Below are positions 49,700-64,000 of a stretch of DNA of 64,000 bases, piece by piece. The notes beneath the pieces were generated by a model. The model ran no database searches. It had not been told where the DNA came from and saw nothing but the letters and a program-made list of their open reading frames with translations. This DNA is from the human T2T-CHM13v2.0 reference genome, Homo sapiens, in contig CP086569.2 of the NCBI GenBank assembly GCA_009914755.4, positions 22,048,001 through 22,112,000 of the forward strand, given 5' to 3'. Position numbers and translations under genes: made by a program. Numbering within the stretch: the first letter of the stretch is position 1; each line of letters opens with the position of its first letter.

Positions 49700-50500
49700 T
49701 ATTGGTATGGAGCAGTAGGGTATTGCTATGAAGCTACCTGAAAATATGGAAGCCACATAGGAATTAAATAACTAACATAGGTTAGAAGAGTGTGGAGGTC
49801 TCAGAAGATGATAAGGAAAAGTTTGGGACTTCCTAGAGTGTTACTAAATTGTTGTGACCAATGTGCTGATAGTGATAGGGAAAATGAAGTAGACACTGAG
49901 GAGATCATGCATGGAAATAAGGAGCTTATTGGGAAGCAGAGCAAATGTCATATTTGTTACACATTAGCAAGGTACCCTTGATAATGCATTGTACCCCTGC
50001 CCTAGGGATATGTGGAACTCTGAAGTTGAGTATGGTGACTTAGAGTCTGTGGTGGAAAAATTTAGGGTATGTGGTGAAAAAAATTTCTAAGCAGAAAGTG
50101 CTCCAGATGTCACCTGGATGCTTCTAACAACCTAAGCTCATATGCATGAGCAAACAGATGACATGAAACTGAAACTTATGTTAAAAAAAGTAATACAGCA
50201 TAAAAGTTTGGAAAACTTGCAGCCTGCAAAGTGGTAGAAAAGCAAAGCTCTTTTTCAGAGAAGAAATTTAAGATGCTGCAGTAAAGCAAAAAGGAGCTAA
50301 GTGTTAGTATCCAAGACAATGGGGAAAAAACCTCTAAGATATTTCAGAGAGCCTCTTTTACCACAGACACAGAAGCTTAGCAAAGATAAATGGTTGTTTC
50401 ATGGACCATATTCAAGGACTTTCAGCTCTGCACAACTTTGGGACACTGCTCCTTGAATGTGAGCACATTTCACACTCTTCAAATTCTCAGCAGAATTTGT
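49700..50500 (+). mobile_element. MaLR internal-region fragment (THE1/MST-int-like)
   Basis: Collinear by eye with 20880-21440 of the THE1 internal region (..gttggaa..atttggagggctcagaagaagacaggaaaatataggaaagtttggaacttcttagag.. versus ..gttagaagagtgtggaggtctcagaagatgataaggaaaagtttgggacttcctagag..). Confidence 0.55.
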
Positions 50501-50519
50501 TATTGAAAGTCTTTTGAAT

Positions 50520-53470
50520 AAAACCCATTTTAACTAGATTGAGATGATATCTTATTGTAATTTTAATTTGGATTTTTCTGATAATTAATGATCTTGAGCA
50601 CTTTTTGATATACCTGGTCACATTTGTATGTTTTCCTTTGAGAAATATGTTTTTCAAATATTTTGACCAAATTATAAGATTTTCCTATAAATTTTTTCCT
50701 ATAGATTGTTTGAGATTTTTATTTATTGTGATTATTAATCCTTTGTCAGATGGGTAAGTTACAAATATTTCTTCTATTTCTGTGAATAATCTCTACACAT
50801 TGTTGATTTTTAAATTTTTCCCCTGCAGAAACTTTTCAACTGCATGTTGATTCCAGACGTCCATTTCTGGTTAGGTTGCTTGTGCTTCTGGGGAATTGCT
50901 GAGGAAATCTTTGGTCAGGCAGGGTGGCTTATACCTATAATACTAGCTCTTTGCAAGGCTAACTTATATGGATTTCTTGAGCACAAGAATTCAAAACCAA
51001 CCTGAGGACATGATGTAACCCCATCTCTACAAAAGTGAACACACACACACAAAAATTTCCATGGTATGTGGTGATATGTGCCAGTAGTCCCAGCTTCTCA
51101 AAGGCTGTGACAGGAGATTGCTTTAGCCTTAGAGATGGTGATTGCCGTGGGCTTTGATCTTGCCACTGTACATCAGCATGGGTGACAACCTATCTCAAAA
51201 AAAAGCAATATTTTTTTCATATTAATAACCTGGAGATTTTCCCAAGTCTTTTTTTTGTAATTTCAGAGTTTCAGGTTGTAGACTTAAGGCTTTAATTCAC
51301 TTTGATTCAGTTTTTATATATGGCCAAAAGTAGAAGTCTCATTTTTATTATTGCACATATGGAAGCCCAGATTTCTTGGCATCTTCATTTAATAGGGTGT
51401 ATGTTTTCCTCAGTGGATGTTCTTGGCACATTTGTCCAAATTAGTTTACTGTAGCTGTGTGGATTTTTTTCAGGTTCTCTATTCATTTTCATTTTTCTGT
51501 GTTTCTATTTTATGCTAGTAAACTGGCTATTTAAGGCTGTTTTACTTACTGTGGCTCAGGACTCTAATTTGAGGTCAGATAATTTGATTTATCTAATTTT
51601 GTTCTTTTTTCTAAGGACAGGTTTAGCTATTCTGAGTCTCTTGTGGTTCCATGTAAAATTTAAAATTATTTTTTCATTTATTTCAAAAATATTATTGGTA
51701 TTATGTTAGGAATTACATTGAATCTGTAGATTGCTCTGGGTAGTATGGACATTTTAACAATATTGTCTTACAATTCCTGAACATAATATGTTTTACCATT
51801 TTGTAGTGTCATCTTCAACTATTTTCATTATTCAGATCTTTCACTTCTTTGGTTAATTTCTAAGTATTTAATTTTATGTGTGACTATTGAAAATAAGATG
51901 ATTTCTTATTTCTTTTTCAGATTGTTTACTGTTTCAGATTTGTGTCTGTTAATTTTATATACTACAACTCTACCCAATTTGTTTATCAGCTCTAATAGTT
52001 TTCTTGTGGTGTCCTTAAGTTTTTTTTCTAATATGAGATTATATCACCTGCAAAGTAGAATAATTTGAATTATTCTCTTCCCACTTAAATGTCTTTCATA
52101 TATTTCTCTTGTCTGATCTCTCTAGATAGAACTTCCAGTACTACGTTGAATAATAGTGGTCACAGTGGGCAACTTTGTTGTATTGTAGATTATAGATAAA
52201 ATATGTTCAGTTTTTCCCCATTCAGTACAATACTGAATATTTTTTAGTCTGTCATATAAGGTTTTTATTATGTTGAGGTATGTTTCTTTTTTCTGCTGTT
52301 TTTTGAGGATTTTTGTCTTGAAGGATGTTGAATTTAACCAATTGCTTTATCACCATCAATTGAAATTATATAAAATTTATCCTTTCTTTTATTGAAATGA
52401 TATAGCAGACTGTTTGATTTGCATACATTAAATCATGTTTTTATTCCAGGAATAAATCCCACTTGGTCATGATATATGATGCTCTTAATATATTGTTGAA
52501 TTTTGTTTGCTAGTATTTTATTGAGGGTTACTGCTTCAATAGCCATCAGAGATATTGGCCTGTGGTATTATTTTCTAGATGTGTCTTTGTCTGGTTTGGG
52601 TATCAGGGTAATATTGGCTTTATCTAATTAGTTGGAGTAATTCCATTCTCCACTATTCCTCAGAATAATTTGAGTAGAATTAATATTAGTTTTTCTTTAA
52701 AAGTTTGGTAGATTATAGCATTGAAGGCTGTACTTTACTGTGCTTTTCTTTACAGACATATTTACATTATGGTTTTTATCTCATTACTTGTTATTGGTCT
52801 ATTCCGGTTTTGAATTTCTTCCTGGTTCAAACTTGATGGATTCTGTAAGTCATGAAATTTGTCCATTCTTTCTAGAATTTTCAATTTATTGGCATATTGT
52901 TGCTCATAGTAGACCTAATAATACCTTGAATTTCTGCAATATCTGTTATAATGTCTTTTTTCACTTTTTATTTTTAATTTTTTGCTATTATCTCTTATTT
53001 TCTTAGTCTGGCTAAATTTATCAATTTTATTTACTATGCAAAAAAAACTTTTAAAAAGTAATCTTTTCTATTGTCTTCTCTATTTCAATTTTATTTGTTT
53101 ATGCTGTGATCTTTGGTATTTCTTTTTTTCTACTAATTTAGGGGTTGGTTTTCTCTTGGTGTTCTAGTTCTTTAAGATACATTGTTAGGTTGTTTATTTG
53201 AAGTTTTTCCCCTTTATTCATATATAAATGCATACCTACAAGCCTTCCTTTTAGTATTTATTTTGCTGTATTTCATAAGTTTGGGTATAATATGTTTCCA
53301 CTATCATTTGATTTGAGAAAATTTCCACTTTATTCTCACTTTTTGACCCATTAATAATTTAGGATGTTAGTTTATTTTATTTGAATGTATTTATATTTTA
53401 TTTCAATACTTTGGGAGATATGTGTTTTTTAGTTAACTGAATAAGTATATAGTGATGAATTCTAATATTT
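50520..53470 (-). mobile_element. ancient L1M (minus), 3' region and ORF2, split by an old Alu
   Basis: Antisense L1 strings (..tcctttgtcagatgggtaagttacaaatatttcttc.., ..gttgaataatagtggtcacagtgggcaactttgttg.., ..cttggtcatgatatatgatgctcttaatatattgttgaattttgtttgctagtattttattgagggtt..). Confidence 0.65.
50914..51207 (+). mobile_element. old, diverged Alu (AluJ/FAM-like), + orientation
   Basis: ggtcaggcagggtggcttatacctataatactagc..cctgaggacatgatgtaaccccatctctacaaaag..gtagtcccagcttctcaaaggctgtgacaggagattgctt.. Confidence 0.7.
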
Positions 53471-53613
53471 TAGTGTCTCCAACACCCAAGTAGCCAAGTA
53501 GCTAGATATACCCAAGTAGTGTATATTTTACCTAGTATGTAGTTTTGTGAAAAATCCCTGAATCCCCTTTCAACCTTCACCTTCTGAGTCTCTAAATTCC
53601 ATTTTGTTTCTCT

Positions 53614-53706
53614 GTATGCCTTTGCATACTCGTAGCTTAGATCCCACTCTTAATTGTTTTCACTTATAAGTGGGACCTAAGCTACGAGTATTCAAAGGCA
53701 TACAGA
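53614..53706. other. near-perfect inverted repeat (about 34-bp arms, about 23-bp spacer), potential hairpin/cruciform
   Basis: gtatgcctttgcatactcgtagcttagatcccac .. gtgggacctaagctacgagtattcaaaggcatac, 2 mismatches. Confidence 0.6.
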
Positions 53707-54892
53707 GTGAATTCATGTGTCCCACTCCTATGGACTTCACTCAGAATAATGACCTCTAGCTACATTCGTGTTGCTGCAAAAAATCATTGTATTATTCTCA
53801 TTCTGTTTTTATAACTTCTCTCAAAGAGAATCTCATTCTCTGTTTTGAACCTCCTGAAGCTTGGGTAGAGTAACAGCATCATTCATGTGGCCTCTATCAC
53901 TATGACTATGTGGACTTAACCCTGAAGCAAGCAAAGCACTGAGTCTCAACCAAAGCCTTCTGTAAGCACTTCTTGACTACTGCCTATTTTCACTCAAGAT
54001 CTTTGGACTCTACAGTCAGCAAATGCTGAAGCCAGTCAGGTATATGTTCTTCCCATCAGGCTGTCAAGATCTCCCAGGCCCCAGTTGTTATTATTTTGTA
54101 GTTAGAAACTAGAGTCAAAATTTTAGAAGCCTAACTTGTGTTCTGTTACACTGAGGTTGAGCTGGCACTTAAAACACAGGATGCAATTCTCCTAAGTCTT
54201 TCTTCCTTTTTATAAGAGGCAGAGGATTCTCATTCTATGATCACCATGACCCCAGGTTTCAGGAAGTATTTCTGCACTACTACCAATGTTCCCTGAAGGC
54301 TCAAGGGCTCTTAGGCCATCTTGTAATTGTCGCTTCCAGGCCTGAGACTCAGGTTTCTGATCAGAAGGCTCCCTTGTGATCCAGAGAAAGTCTAGAAATG
54401 ACCTTCAAGAGTCATAGAATAGAATTACTCAATAATTTGCTTGGTGCTATACCCTGCTGTCGCCTAGCTGGCACCTAAGCTGCAAGAAAAATGTCTTCTT
54501 TACATTTCCCTTTGCTTTTTATCACACAGAAGGAATTTTGCCCCATAGATGTCATGTGGAATTTGCTGTGTGTCACCTGAAGCCACTTAGTCTCAGAGGC
54601 TCACCCAACACCTCTGATGCTGTACCTATTGATGGTTATTTAGAGCCCAAGGGCTCCTCAGTTAACATCTGATGAATGTGGCCATAACTTGGTGCTTTCC
54701 TAAAAGGCAGCATGTCTTTTATGGTCCAACATAGCTAGAGATGTTATTCAGAAGCTAGGTCCTAAAAAAGAAACCTCATGACTCTGACCAGTTCCCTATC
54801 CTGTTGTGGCTGAGCTGAGCTGGTATACAAGATGGAAAACAAAGTTATCCATATTCTTCTCTCTTCTCTTTCGAATTGGAAGAAAGCTGTCT

Positions 54893-54910
54893 CTCTCACT
54901 CTCTCTCTCT
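54893..54910. repeat. (CT)n microsatellite
   Basis: cactctctctctctc, directly preceding the Alu poly-T. Confidence 0.7.
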
Positions 54911-55201
54911 TTTTTTTTTTTTTTTTTGAGACAGAGTCTTGCTCTGTCACCCTGGGTGGAATGCAGGCAATCTCGGCTTACTGCAACCCCTGCCTTCCAG
55001 TTCAAGAGATTCTCCTGATTCAGCATCCCAAGTAGCAGGGACTACAGGTGCATGACACCACGCCTGGCTAATTTTTTGTATTTTTAGTAGAGACAGGGTT
55101 TCACCGTGTTAGCCAGGATAGCTCAAACTCCTGATCTCATGATCCGCATGCCTTGGCCTCCCAAAGTGCCAGGATTACAGGCATGAGCCACTGCGCCTGG
55201 C
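54911..55201 (-). mobile_element. Alu SINE (minus)
   Basis: Poly-T, ..gagacagagtcttgctctgtcaccctgggtggaatgcaggcaatctcggc.., ending ..gagccactgcgcctggc. Confidence 0.9.
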
Positions 55202-56874
55202 AGAGATCTCTTTTTTATCTATTAGCTGTGCAGCCTGTGATTAGGAGAGCAATGATGCCCTCACTCTCTTAACCACTCCAGCTGGGGGTTTCGGTAGATC
55301 TTGATTCCCCAGTCCACTGTCTCTGAGCTTAGTTCAACACTAGAATTTGCATAAGAGTTGTGGTCCTTATAAAAGTCCTTGAAGACTGCCTTTCAGGTTT
55401 ACTTAGAAACCCAGAGCATTTTAACCCTCAGTAGTGAGGTAGGTAAAAACTCCAGTTTGTACTGCTGGAATTGCCAATTCCCCTCTAACTTGGGCTGGAT
55501 TAAATGCTCCCTTTATGACTTAGCATCTGCTGAGTTTGGTTCATTTTTTTCCTTTTTGCTCTAACAGGACAGCACTCAGTTTATTGCTTCAAAATTCCTG
55601 TTTTCTCTTCCCCAGCACACAGAGATATTCCTTCAGCATACCATACTGCCATAGAGTGATGGAGGAATGACACCAGTAATTTGAGACCTCTTCAGTGGCT
55701 CTGTGATACAAAGTTAAAACCAGGTACTTTGAGTGTCTCTCTCTTATATATAAGGTTGTATATAAATACTAGAATAAATATTTTCATTATTAGAATGGAA
55801 TATTAGTCAGAGGAAAAATAAAATCCTGTAATTTGCAGCAACATTGGGTAAATATAGACAACATATGATAATGAAAGTAAAGTTTTATTTTGTTTAAATT
55901 GGCACATAATTTTCTACATGTATAGGTTAAAAATGTGATGTTTTAATATATGTAATTATGTGATGATTAAATCAGGGTAATTAATATATCCATTAACTTA
56001 ATTATGTGTTATTTTCTTGTGGTGAGAATATTCAAAACTCACTTTTTTTGCTATTTTGAAATATATAGAACTTTATTGTTTATCATAATCAAGGACTATG
56101 TGATAGAACACTAGAAATTATTTTTATTGTCAAATTCTAAATTTATAACAAATAAGACAACTACTTTCTTTCCTTCCTTTCCACTTCATATATTTTGTTA
56201 ACCACTATTGTACTCAATACTTTTATAAAATCAACCTTTATCAAGCTCTCAAATGTGAGTGACATAATGCAGTTTTTTTATTTCTGTGACTGGCTTATTT
56301 CACATAGCATAACATCTTATGGTGTCCTCCATGTTGGCACAAACGTCATCATTTTGTTCTATATATGACCAAATAATTAACTATTGTGTAAATATACCAC
56401 ATTTTTATGTACTCATGTTGATAAAATTTGTAGTTGATTTTTTTTATCCTGGCTATTGTAAATAGAGCTGCAATAAGCATGTAAAAACAGATTTTTTTTT
56501 CTTTTGTAAACTGATTTTCGTTACCTTGAATAAATACTCAGTAGTGGGATCTCTGAATCATATGGCGGTTGTAATTTTAGTATTTTGTAAACACTCAACA
56601 CTTAAAAAATATAAGAACAGTGCTAATTTACACTCTCACCTGCAGTATAAATATTTCTTTCTGTCCACAACCTCATGGTCATTCGACAATTTTTTAATCT
56701 TTTTACTGATAGCTATTTTCACTAAAGTGAGAAAATATCTCACTTTTGTCTTAATTTATATTTTATGGTGATAAGCATAACACTTCTGATATTAATGGGA
56801 GTATTCGTATATCCGCTTTTGAGGAGAACGTGCATTTCTTCTTTTGAGAATTGCCTAATCAGATTCTTTGTCAA

Positions 56875-57161
56875 TTTTTTTTTTTTTTTTTTTTGAGACC
56901 AAGTCTCTCTCTGTCACCCAGGCTGGAGTGCTGTGACATGACCTTGCCTCACTGCAACCTCCGCATCCCAGGTTCAAGCAATTCTCTGCTTCAGCCTCAC
57001 TAGTAGCTGGGATTACAGGCACCCACCACCATGACCAGCTAATTTTTGTATTTTTAATAGAAACGGAGTTTCACTATCTTGGGCAGGTTGGTATTGAACT
57101 CCTGACCTGCCTCGGTCTCCCAAAGTGCTGGGATTACAGGAGTGAACCATCATGCGTGGCC
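56875..57161 (-). mobile_element. Alu SINE (minus) in L1
   Basis: Poly-T, Alu body. TSD tctttgtc(a/c)a. Confidence 0.9.
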
Positions 57162-57413
57162 TCTTTGTCCATTTTTTAAAAATCAATTTGTTTTGTTTTT
57201 TGCTAATGAGTTTCTAGTATATTCTGGATATTAGTCCAATAGCAAATTTCTTAATTTATTGTTCTATTTTCTATGAAAATACTTTGCAGTACAATGTGGT
57301 GAAGTGCATTGATTTTTCATTTTGCTGCTTCTGCTTTTAAAGTCTTATTCATGAAACATTTGACTAAACTAATGTCTTGAGGTGTTTCTTCTATTTTTGT
57401 GGTAGTTTTATAG

Positions 57414-57788
<375 letters not shown>

Positions 57789-60700
57789 TAGTTGATTTTT
57801 GCATAAAGGGTGAAATGTAAGCCTTTTAAAAAAGTAAGAATTTTATTTCTCTGCATATTCAGTATTTCCAACACAATTTATTAAACACACTATTCTTTCA
57901 TCCAAAGAATGTTTTTCAGGCCATGTTGAATAATCTAAGTTGAGAATGTGCGAATTTATTTATTTTATTTCTCTGTTCTCCCTCAATTGTCTATATGTCT
58001 GTACTTACACCTATGTCATGCTGTTTTGGTAACTACAGCTTTTTTGTCAATTTTAAAGTCAGATACTGTGATTCATCCAGCTTTGTATTTCTGCTCAGTA
58101 GATTTTTTGATATTCAGGTTCTTCTGTGGTGCCATTAAAATTTAATGATTGTTTTATCTACTTATATAAAAATCTTGTTATTTTGACAGAGATTTAATTT
58201 GATCTATAAATTGTTTTGGATAATATAATTATTTTAACATTTTTCACAAACTATAATCCCATGTATTTCATATTTGTGTCCTTTTAATTTCTTTTGTTAG
58301 CATTTTGTGGTGTTTATTTCAGAATTTTTTTTATCTTTTTGTTTGAATTGATTTCTTGCTACGATTTATTTATTGTTTTCAAATTGAATGCTGTTGGTAT
58401 ATAGAAACATGGCCAATTTTTATATGTTGATTTTATATCCTGTATGTTTACTAAATTTGTCTATCAGTTGTAATGGTTTCTTTGGTAGAGTATTTAGTTT
58501 AATTGTTTAACTGTATAGAATTATGTCATCTGCAAAGAGAGGTAATTTAAGTTTCCCTTTTCTAATTTAAATGTTCCATATTTATTTCTATTTCCTAAGT
58601 CCTCTGGCGAATACTTTCAATACTGTGTTGAACAAGTGATGAAAGTAGGCAACCTTGTCTTATTGGAGTTACTAGAGAAGTCAAAAAAAAATTAACCTTT
58701 CCCCCTTTACTGAAATGTGGGTTTATCATATGTAGTTTTTATTAGGTTGATGTATGTTACATACTAAATTTTTGGAAATATTTCTTATGAAAATATGTTG
58801 AATTTCATCAAATGCTTTAAGATATGAGCTCAATGTACTACATATATTGAGATTATTGTATTGTTATGATGATTATTCTGCTGATGTGATGTATCACATT
58901 TTACAATATCTCTATGTTGAATTTTGTTTACATTCCTGTGAAAAATACCAGTTTACCATGTTATATTATCTTATTTTTTGTTTTGATAATATTTTATTGA
59001 GGAGTTTGCATCAGTGTTCATTAAAGATACTGACTTGAAGTTTTATCTTTTATTATGTCTTTGTTTCATTTTGGTATTAGGATAATTCTAGCCACATAGA
59101 ATTATTTAGGAAACAGTCTTTATTTTTTGGAATAACCCAATGATTTATATGAATTCTGTACTAATGTTTGGTAAAATTTATCACTAAAGCCATTTATCAC
59201 TAAAGCCTTCAGATTTATTTTGTTGAGATACTTATATAATAACTTACTATTTAAATTAATTTTTGGTATGTTCAAGTTTTATTTATTTTTTATTTTAGAT
59301 TAAAATTATTTTATTTTTATAATTTTTATTTTCTTTTTAATTTTTGTAGGTACATAGTTGGGGTATACATTTATGGAATATCTGAGCTATTTTGAAATAG
59401 ACATTAAATTTGAAATAATTTTATCATGAAGACTAGATTATACATTATGCCAAGCATTTTATTCATTGAGTAGCAAACAACCCATTTACTCTCTTTTGTT
59501 ACTTTTAAATGCACAGCTATTATTGGCTATAATCACTTTGTGTGCTATCAAAGAGTAGGTCTTATTAATTTTTTCTATTTTCTTTTTATGGCTTAAACAT
59601 CTCCACCTCCTGATCAGCTTCCTATTATTCTTTCCAGCCTCTGGTAAACAGCCCTCTACTCACTATGTTCATAAGTTCAATTGCTTTATTAGGTTTCACA
59701 AATAAAGAAAATGTGTAATGTTTTGCCTTTCTGTTCCTGCTGTATTTTACTTAAAATAATAATATGACATCCATCTATGTTGTTGCAAATGAAAGCATGC
59801 TATATTTTATGGCTTATTAGTATTAGTACTCCATTGTGTATATGTACCACTTTTTTACTCACTCATCTTTTGATGAATACTTAGGCTGCCTCCAAATCTT
59901 AGTGATTGTAAACAATGTTGTAACAAACACAGGTGTGCATATGTCTTTTTGATAATATGAATTTTCTTGCTTTGGGGTATATAACCAGGAGTGAGATTGT
60001 TAGATCATACAACAGCTCGATTTTTAGCTTTTTAAAAAATCTCCCAAATGTTCTCCATAGTGTCTGTACTACTTTACATTCCCAGCAAGAGTGTACAAGT
60101 GTTCACATTTCTCCACATTACTGTCAGCATTTGTTACTGCCTGTTTTTTTTCTTTTTGTATCAGCCGTTTTAACTGGAGTGATATAATATCTCATTGTAG
60201 CTTTTATTTGCATTTCTCTGATGATCAGTGAAGGTTAGCAACTTTTTATATGTCTATTTGCTACTCATATGTTTACTCTTGAGAAATGCCTATTCAAATA
60301 TTTTGCCCATTCTTTAGTCAGGTTATTAGATTTTTTTTTTTCCTATATCTTTGTCTCAGCACTTTATATATTTTGGTTACAAATCTTTTGTCAGGTGGGT
60401 AGTGTGCAAATATTCTTTCAGGTTTCATGGGTTATCCCCTTCCCTCTTCCTTTTTTTTCTGAGCAGAAGCTTTTAACTTGATGTGATAACATTTGTTTAT
60501 TTTTGCTTTGGTTGCCTTTTTGTGCTTATGAAGTATTAAACACATAATTTTTCCTGAGACCCATGTTCCAGAGTTTGTCCACAAAGTTTATTTTGTTGTA
60601 GTTTAAGAGTTTAAGGTCATAGGTTAAATTTTAATTCATTATGATTTGATTTTTGTACATGGTGAGAGATAGGTGTCTAGTTTCATTTTTCTGCATATGG

Positions 60701-62514
60701 ATATCCAGTTAATTGAGCAACATTTATTTAAAAAAAAACTGTCTCTTTCCCCAGTATATGTTCTTCACACCATTGTTGAAAATGTGTTTTCTGTAGGAGC
60801 ATAGATTTGTTTCTTGGTTCTCTATTCTGTTCCATTGGTCTATGTGTCTATTTTTATGTTAGTATCATGTTGTTTTGGTTACCATAGCTCTGTAGTATAA
60901 ATCAAAGTCATAATGTGATTTTTTTTTTAAATTTTTGTATAGAATAGCTATTCTGGGTTTTTTGTGGTTTTATATACATTTTATAATTAATTTTTAATAT
61001 TTCTTTTAAGAATATCATTGGTGTTTTGAGAGAGAATGTATTGAATCTGTAGATTGCTTTGGGTAGTATTGACTTTTTAGCAATATTGAGTCTTCCAGTT
61101 TTTGAATGTGTAATATTTTTCAGTTATTTTGGTGTTTTTTTCAGTTTATTTCATCAGTGTTTTAGTTTTTATTACAGAGATATTTCACTTCTTTGGTAAA
61201 GTTAATCCCTAAGTATTTAATTTTCTGTGTGGCTATTGCAAATGCAATTACTTTTTAAATTTTATTTTCACATTGTTTCCTGTTGGCATATAGATATGCT
61301 ACTAATTTTGTATGTTAATTTTGTATACTGCACCTTTACTAAATTTGTTTATTCATTCCAATAAGAGTCTTTAGGTTTTTCCAAATGTGAGATTATATAA
61401 TCTGTAAGCAAGGATAATTTGACTTATTTCTTTCCAATTTAGAAACTTTTGTATCTTTCTCTTGTCTCATTGCTCTAACTAGGACTTCCAATATTATGTT
61501 GAATAAAAGTGGGCCACAGTGGGTATTCTTGTCATATACTAGATCTTAGATAAAAGGCTTTCAGTGTTTCCCTACTAAGCATAATAATACCTGTAGGCTT
61601 ATGTGGTTTTATTGAGGTACGTTTTTCTCTCCCCAGTGTCTGAGGTTTTTATGTTGAAGAGATGTTGAATGTAATGAAATGCATTTTTGGTATCAATGGA
61701 ATTATCGTATAATCACCATATACAAATCAATCAGTGAGATGAATCAATGTTGATATCATTCATACTTTATTTTACTTTATTTTATTTTATTCTACTTTTA
61801 CAATTGTTAGTAATGTGAGTGAGGTCATGTTGGTGAGGTCATGTTGGTGAGCCTTTGATTCTGCCATCTTTCTCTCCATCTCTTCATGCCCTTTTCTGTT
61901 CTGGTTTTTATTAATTCTTTCTTCTTCAATCTGAGTAAGCTATCTAAGTGTAGAAATTTATCAATTTCCCTTGGGTTTTTAACTTGTTTGTGTATATAGT
62001 TATTCATAATAGTTTCTAATGATTTCTTGCACTTGGTTAATGGCTTTACTTATTTTTTGTTCTTGTTTTTTCTTTGTCTAGCTAATGGATTTTCAATTTT
62101 AAATCTTTCCAAATAAACACATTTATATTATGATGATTATCTATTTTTAATCTGAATTATATTTTCACTGATATTTTTATTTTGTTATATCAACAGATTG
62201 ATTCATCACACTGATTTGTATATGGTGACATATTATGCTTGCATCACAGAGATAAATTTTACTCAATCATGATGAATGATCTTTGTAATGTATGGTTGAA
62301 TTCAGTGTTCTAGTATTTGATTGAGGATTTTCATATCAAAATTTATCAGATATGTTAACCTGTAGTTTTCTTGTTTGAATGTGCCTTTGGTTTTGGTATA
62401 AGTATAATACAGGCTACACAAAATGAGTTTGGAAGTTATATTCTTCTCCTCTATTTTTTAGAATAATTTGAGTAGTATTGTCATTAGTTCTTCACCTCAT
62501 GGGTTAAAGTAATT

Positions 62515-62712
62515 TTCTGCCTTAGCCTCTGTAGTAGCTGGGACTACAGGTGCATGCCACCATGACAAACTCATTTTTGTATTTTTGTAGAGATGGGGTT
62601 TCATCATGTTGGCCAGGCTGGTCTCGCACTCCAGGCCTCAAGTGATACACACGCCACCAGCCTCTTAAAGTGCTGAAATTACAGGCATGAGCCACTACAC
62701 CCAGCCTTTCTA
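62515..62712 (-). mobile_element. partial Alu (left monomer-sized, minus)
   Basis: ..cctctgtagtagctgggactacaggtgcatgccaccatg..gtttcatcatgttggccaggctggtctcgcactcc..aggcatgagccactacacccagcc. Confidence 0.7.
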
Positions 62713-64000
62713 AAAACACTTTGTATCTCTATTTCTTTGTCTACTTCTACTTTATGGCCAATAATTCTTACATTTGTTTTTTTTGAGGCTACATTATAAA
62801 TCCTACAGATGCATTATATTATTTTATTATTATTTATTATTTTGTCTTATTTTACTGTACATTTTTAATAGTCTGTCTTTAAACTCACTAATTATTCCAC
62901 TTGATTTTTTGTTATTAAATAATTTTCATAGATTCTTTAGCACGACAATTGTATTTTTCAGCTACAGAGTTTTTGCTTGCTTGTTTTTAATTATATACAT
63001 ATCTTTGAATAGCTTTTCTGATATAAATCTAAATTCCTATTTGTGTTACCTTACATTAGTTTGAATTTTCTAAACATGACTATCTGCTCATCTGTACAGG
63101 GAAATCATGTGCATATAGAGTATATGCCGTATTTTTATATAAGCATACAATGCAAAAGAATCACATCAGGGTAAGTGAGATATTCATCTTCAAGCATTTA
63201 TTTTATCTTTGTATTACAAGAAAGAATTATACTTTTAGTCATTTGAGTTAGGGTTTTTCTCCTTTTTAAATTATTTGCTATGCATCATTAGGTTTTTAGA
63301 ATTTAAAAACTTTCTATTTACCTGATATGGGTGTTTGTTGATATAAACAGTCTCAGTACTGCATTTGCTTTATTCTACATGTCCTGGTGTGACATATTTT
63401 TATTGTCATTAGCTTAGATGTTCAAATCTTAATATATTTGTTAACTTCTGGTTCCTCAGGGTCATGTTATTTCTCAACAACCTCACCAGTATCTCTTATT
63501 TCCTGGCTTTTCAATAATTGCCCTTCTGACTATTGTGAGATGGTACCTCATTGTGGTTTGGATTTGCATTTCTCCAATAATCAGTGATGTGGAGCTTTGT
63601 TTCATATGTTTGTTGGCTGCATAAATGTCTTCCTTTGAGAAGTTTCTGATCATATGTTTTGCCCACTTTTTGGTGGGGTTGTTTTCACTTGAAAATTTCT
63701 TTATGTTTCTTGAAAATTATGGATATTAGACCTTTATCTGATGTGTAGACTACAAACATTTTCTACTACCCTGTAGGTTTCCTGTTCACTCTGATGATAG
63801 TTTCTTTTGTTGTGCAGAAACTCTTTAGTTTAATTAGGTTCCATTTGTCAATTGTGGCTTTTGTTGCAATTGCTTTTGGAATTTTTTTCATGAAGTATTT
63901 GCCCATGCCTATGTCCTGAATGGTGTTGCCTAGGCTTTCTTCTAATTTTTTTTTTATGGTTTTGATGGCTACATTTAAGTGTTTAATCCATCTTGAGTTA

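Overview
This window is primate, almost certainly human, nuclear DNA. More than 80% of it is interspersed repeats, so no bacterial-style gene or defence system is expected, and none is present. The ORF track uses bacterial start codons (TTG, GTG); nearly all listed ORFs translate Alu, L1 or ERV sequence.

The main structure is a composite endogenous-retrovirus locus at about 1342-13773.
- An outer provirus on the + strand has paired LTRs (586 bp and about 800 bp, the latter carrying an Alu), a polypurine tract before the 3' LTR, and a 5-bp target-site duplication TTCAT.
- It sits inside an old L1 ORF2, which is contiguous across the empty site.
- Its pol is betaretrovirus-like (HERV-K-like): RT motifs DCFY..LAEQ and WKVLPQGM, and RNase H motif FTDGSG.
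- Nested inside, on the - strand, is a heavily deleted gammaretrovirus-like ERV: gag with CA and an LPPY motif, an RNase H C-terminus, and an env TM ORF with the immunosuppressive-domain/CX6CC motif.
- Two LTR12-like (HERV9-type) LTRs with CCAAT-box arrays lie in opposite orientations.

The rest of the window holds:
- a full-length THE1 (MaLR) element whose 3' LTR is split by a 5'-inverted L1 with a 12-bp target-site duplication;
- a second, textbook twin-primed L1, with the inversion breakpoint at ORF2 nt about 600/610;
- a 5'-truncated processed pseudogene of NEFL (neurofilament light) on the - strand;
- an MST-type solo LTR, a MaLR internal fragment, many old L1 fragments, about 16 Alu copies (several with clear target-site duplications), and microsatellites.

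Lower-confidence observations are a roadblock/LC7-like (LAMTOR2/3-like) coding relic, a cryptic degenerate tandem array, a 34-bp hairpin and a candidate solo LTR.

All coordinates are from reading the sequence by eye and are approximate to about 5-20 bp.
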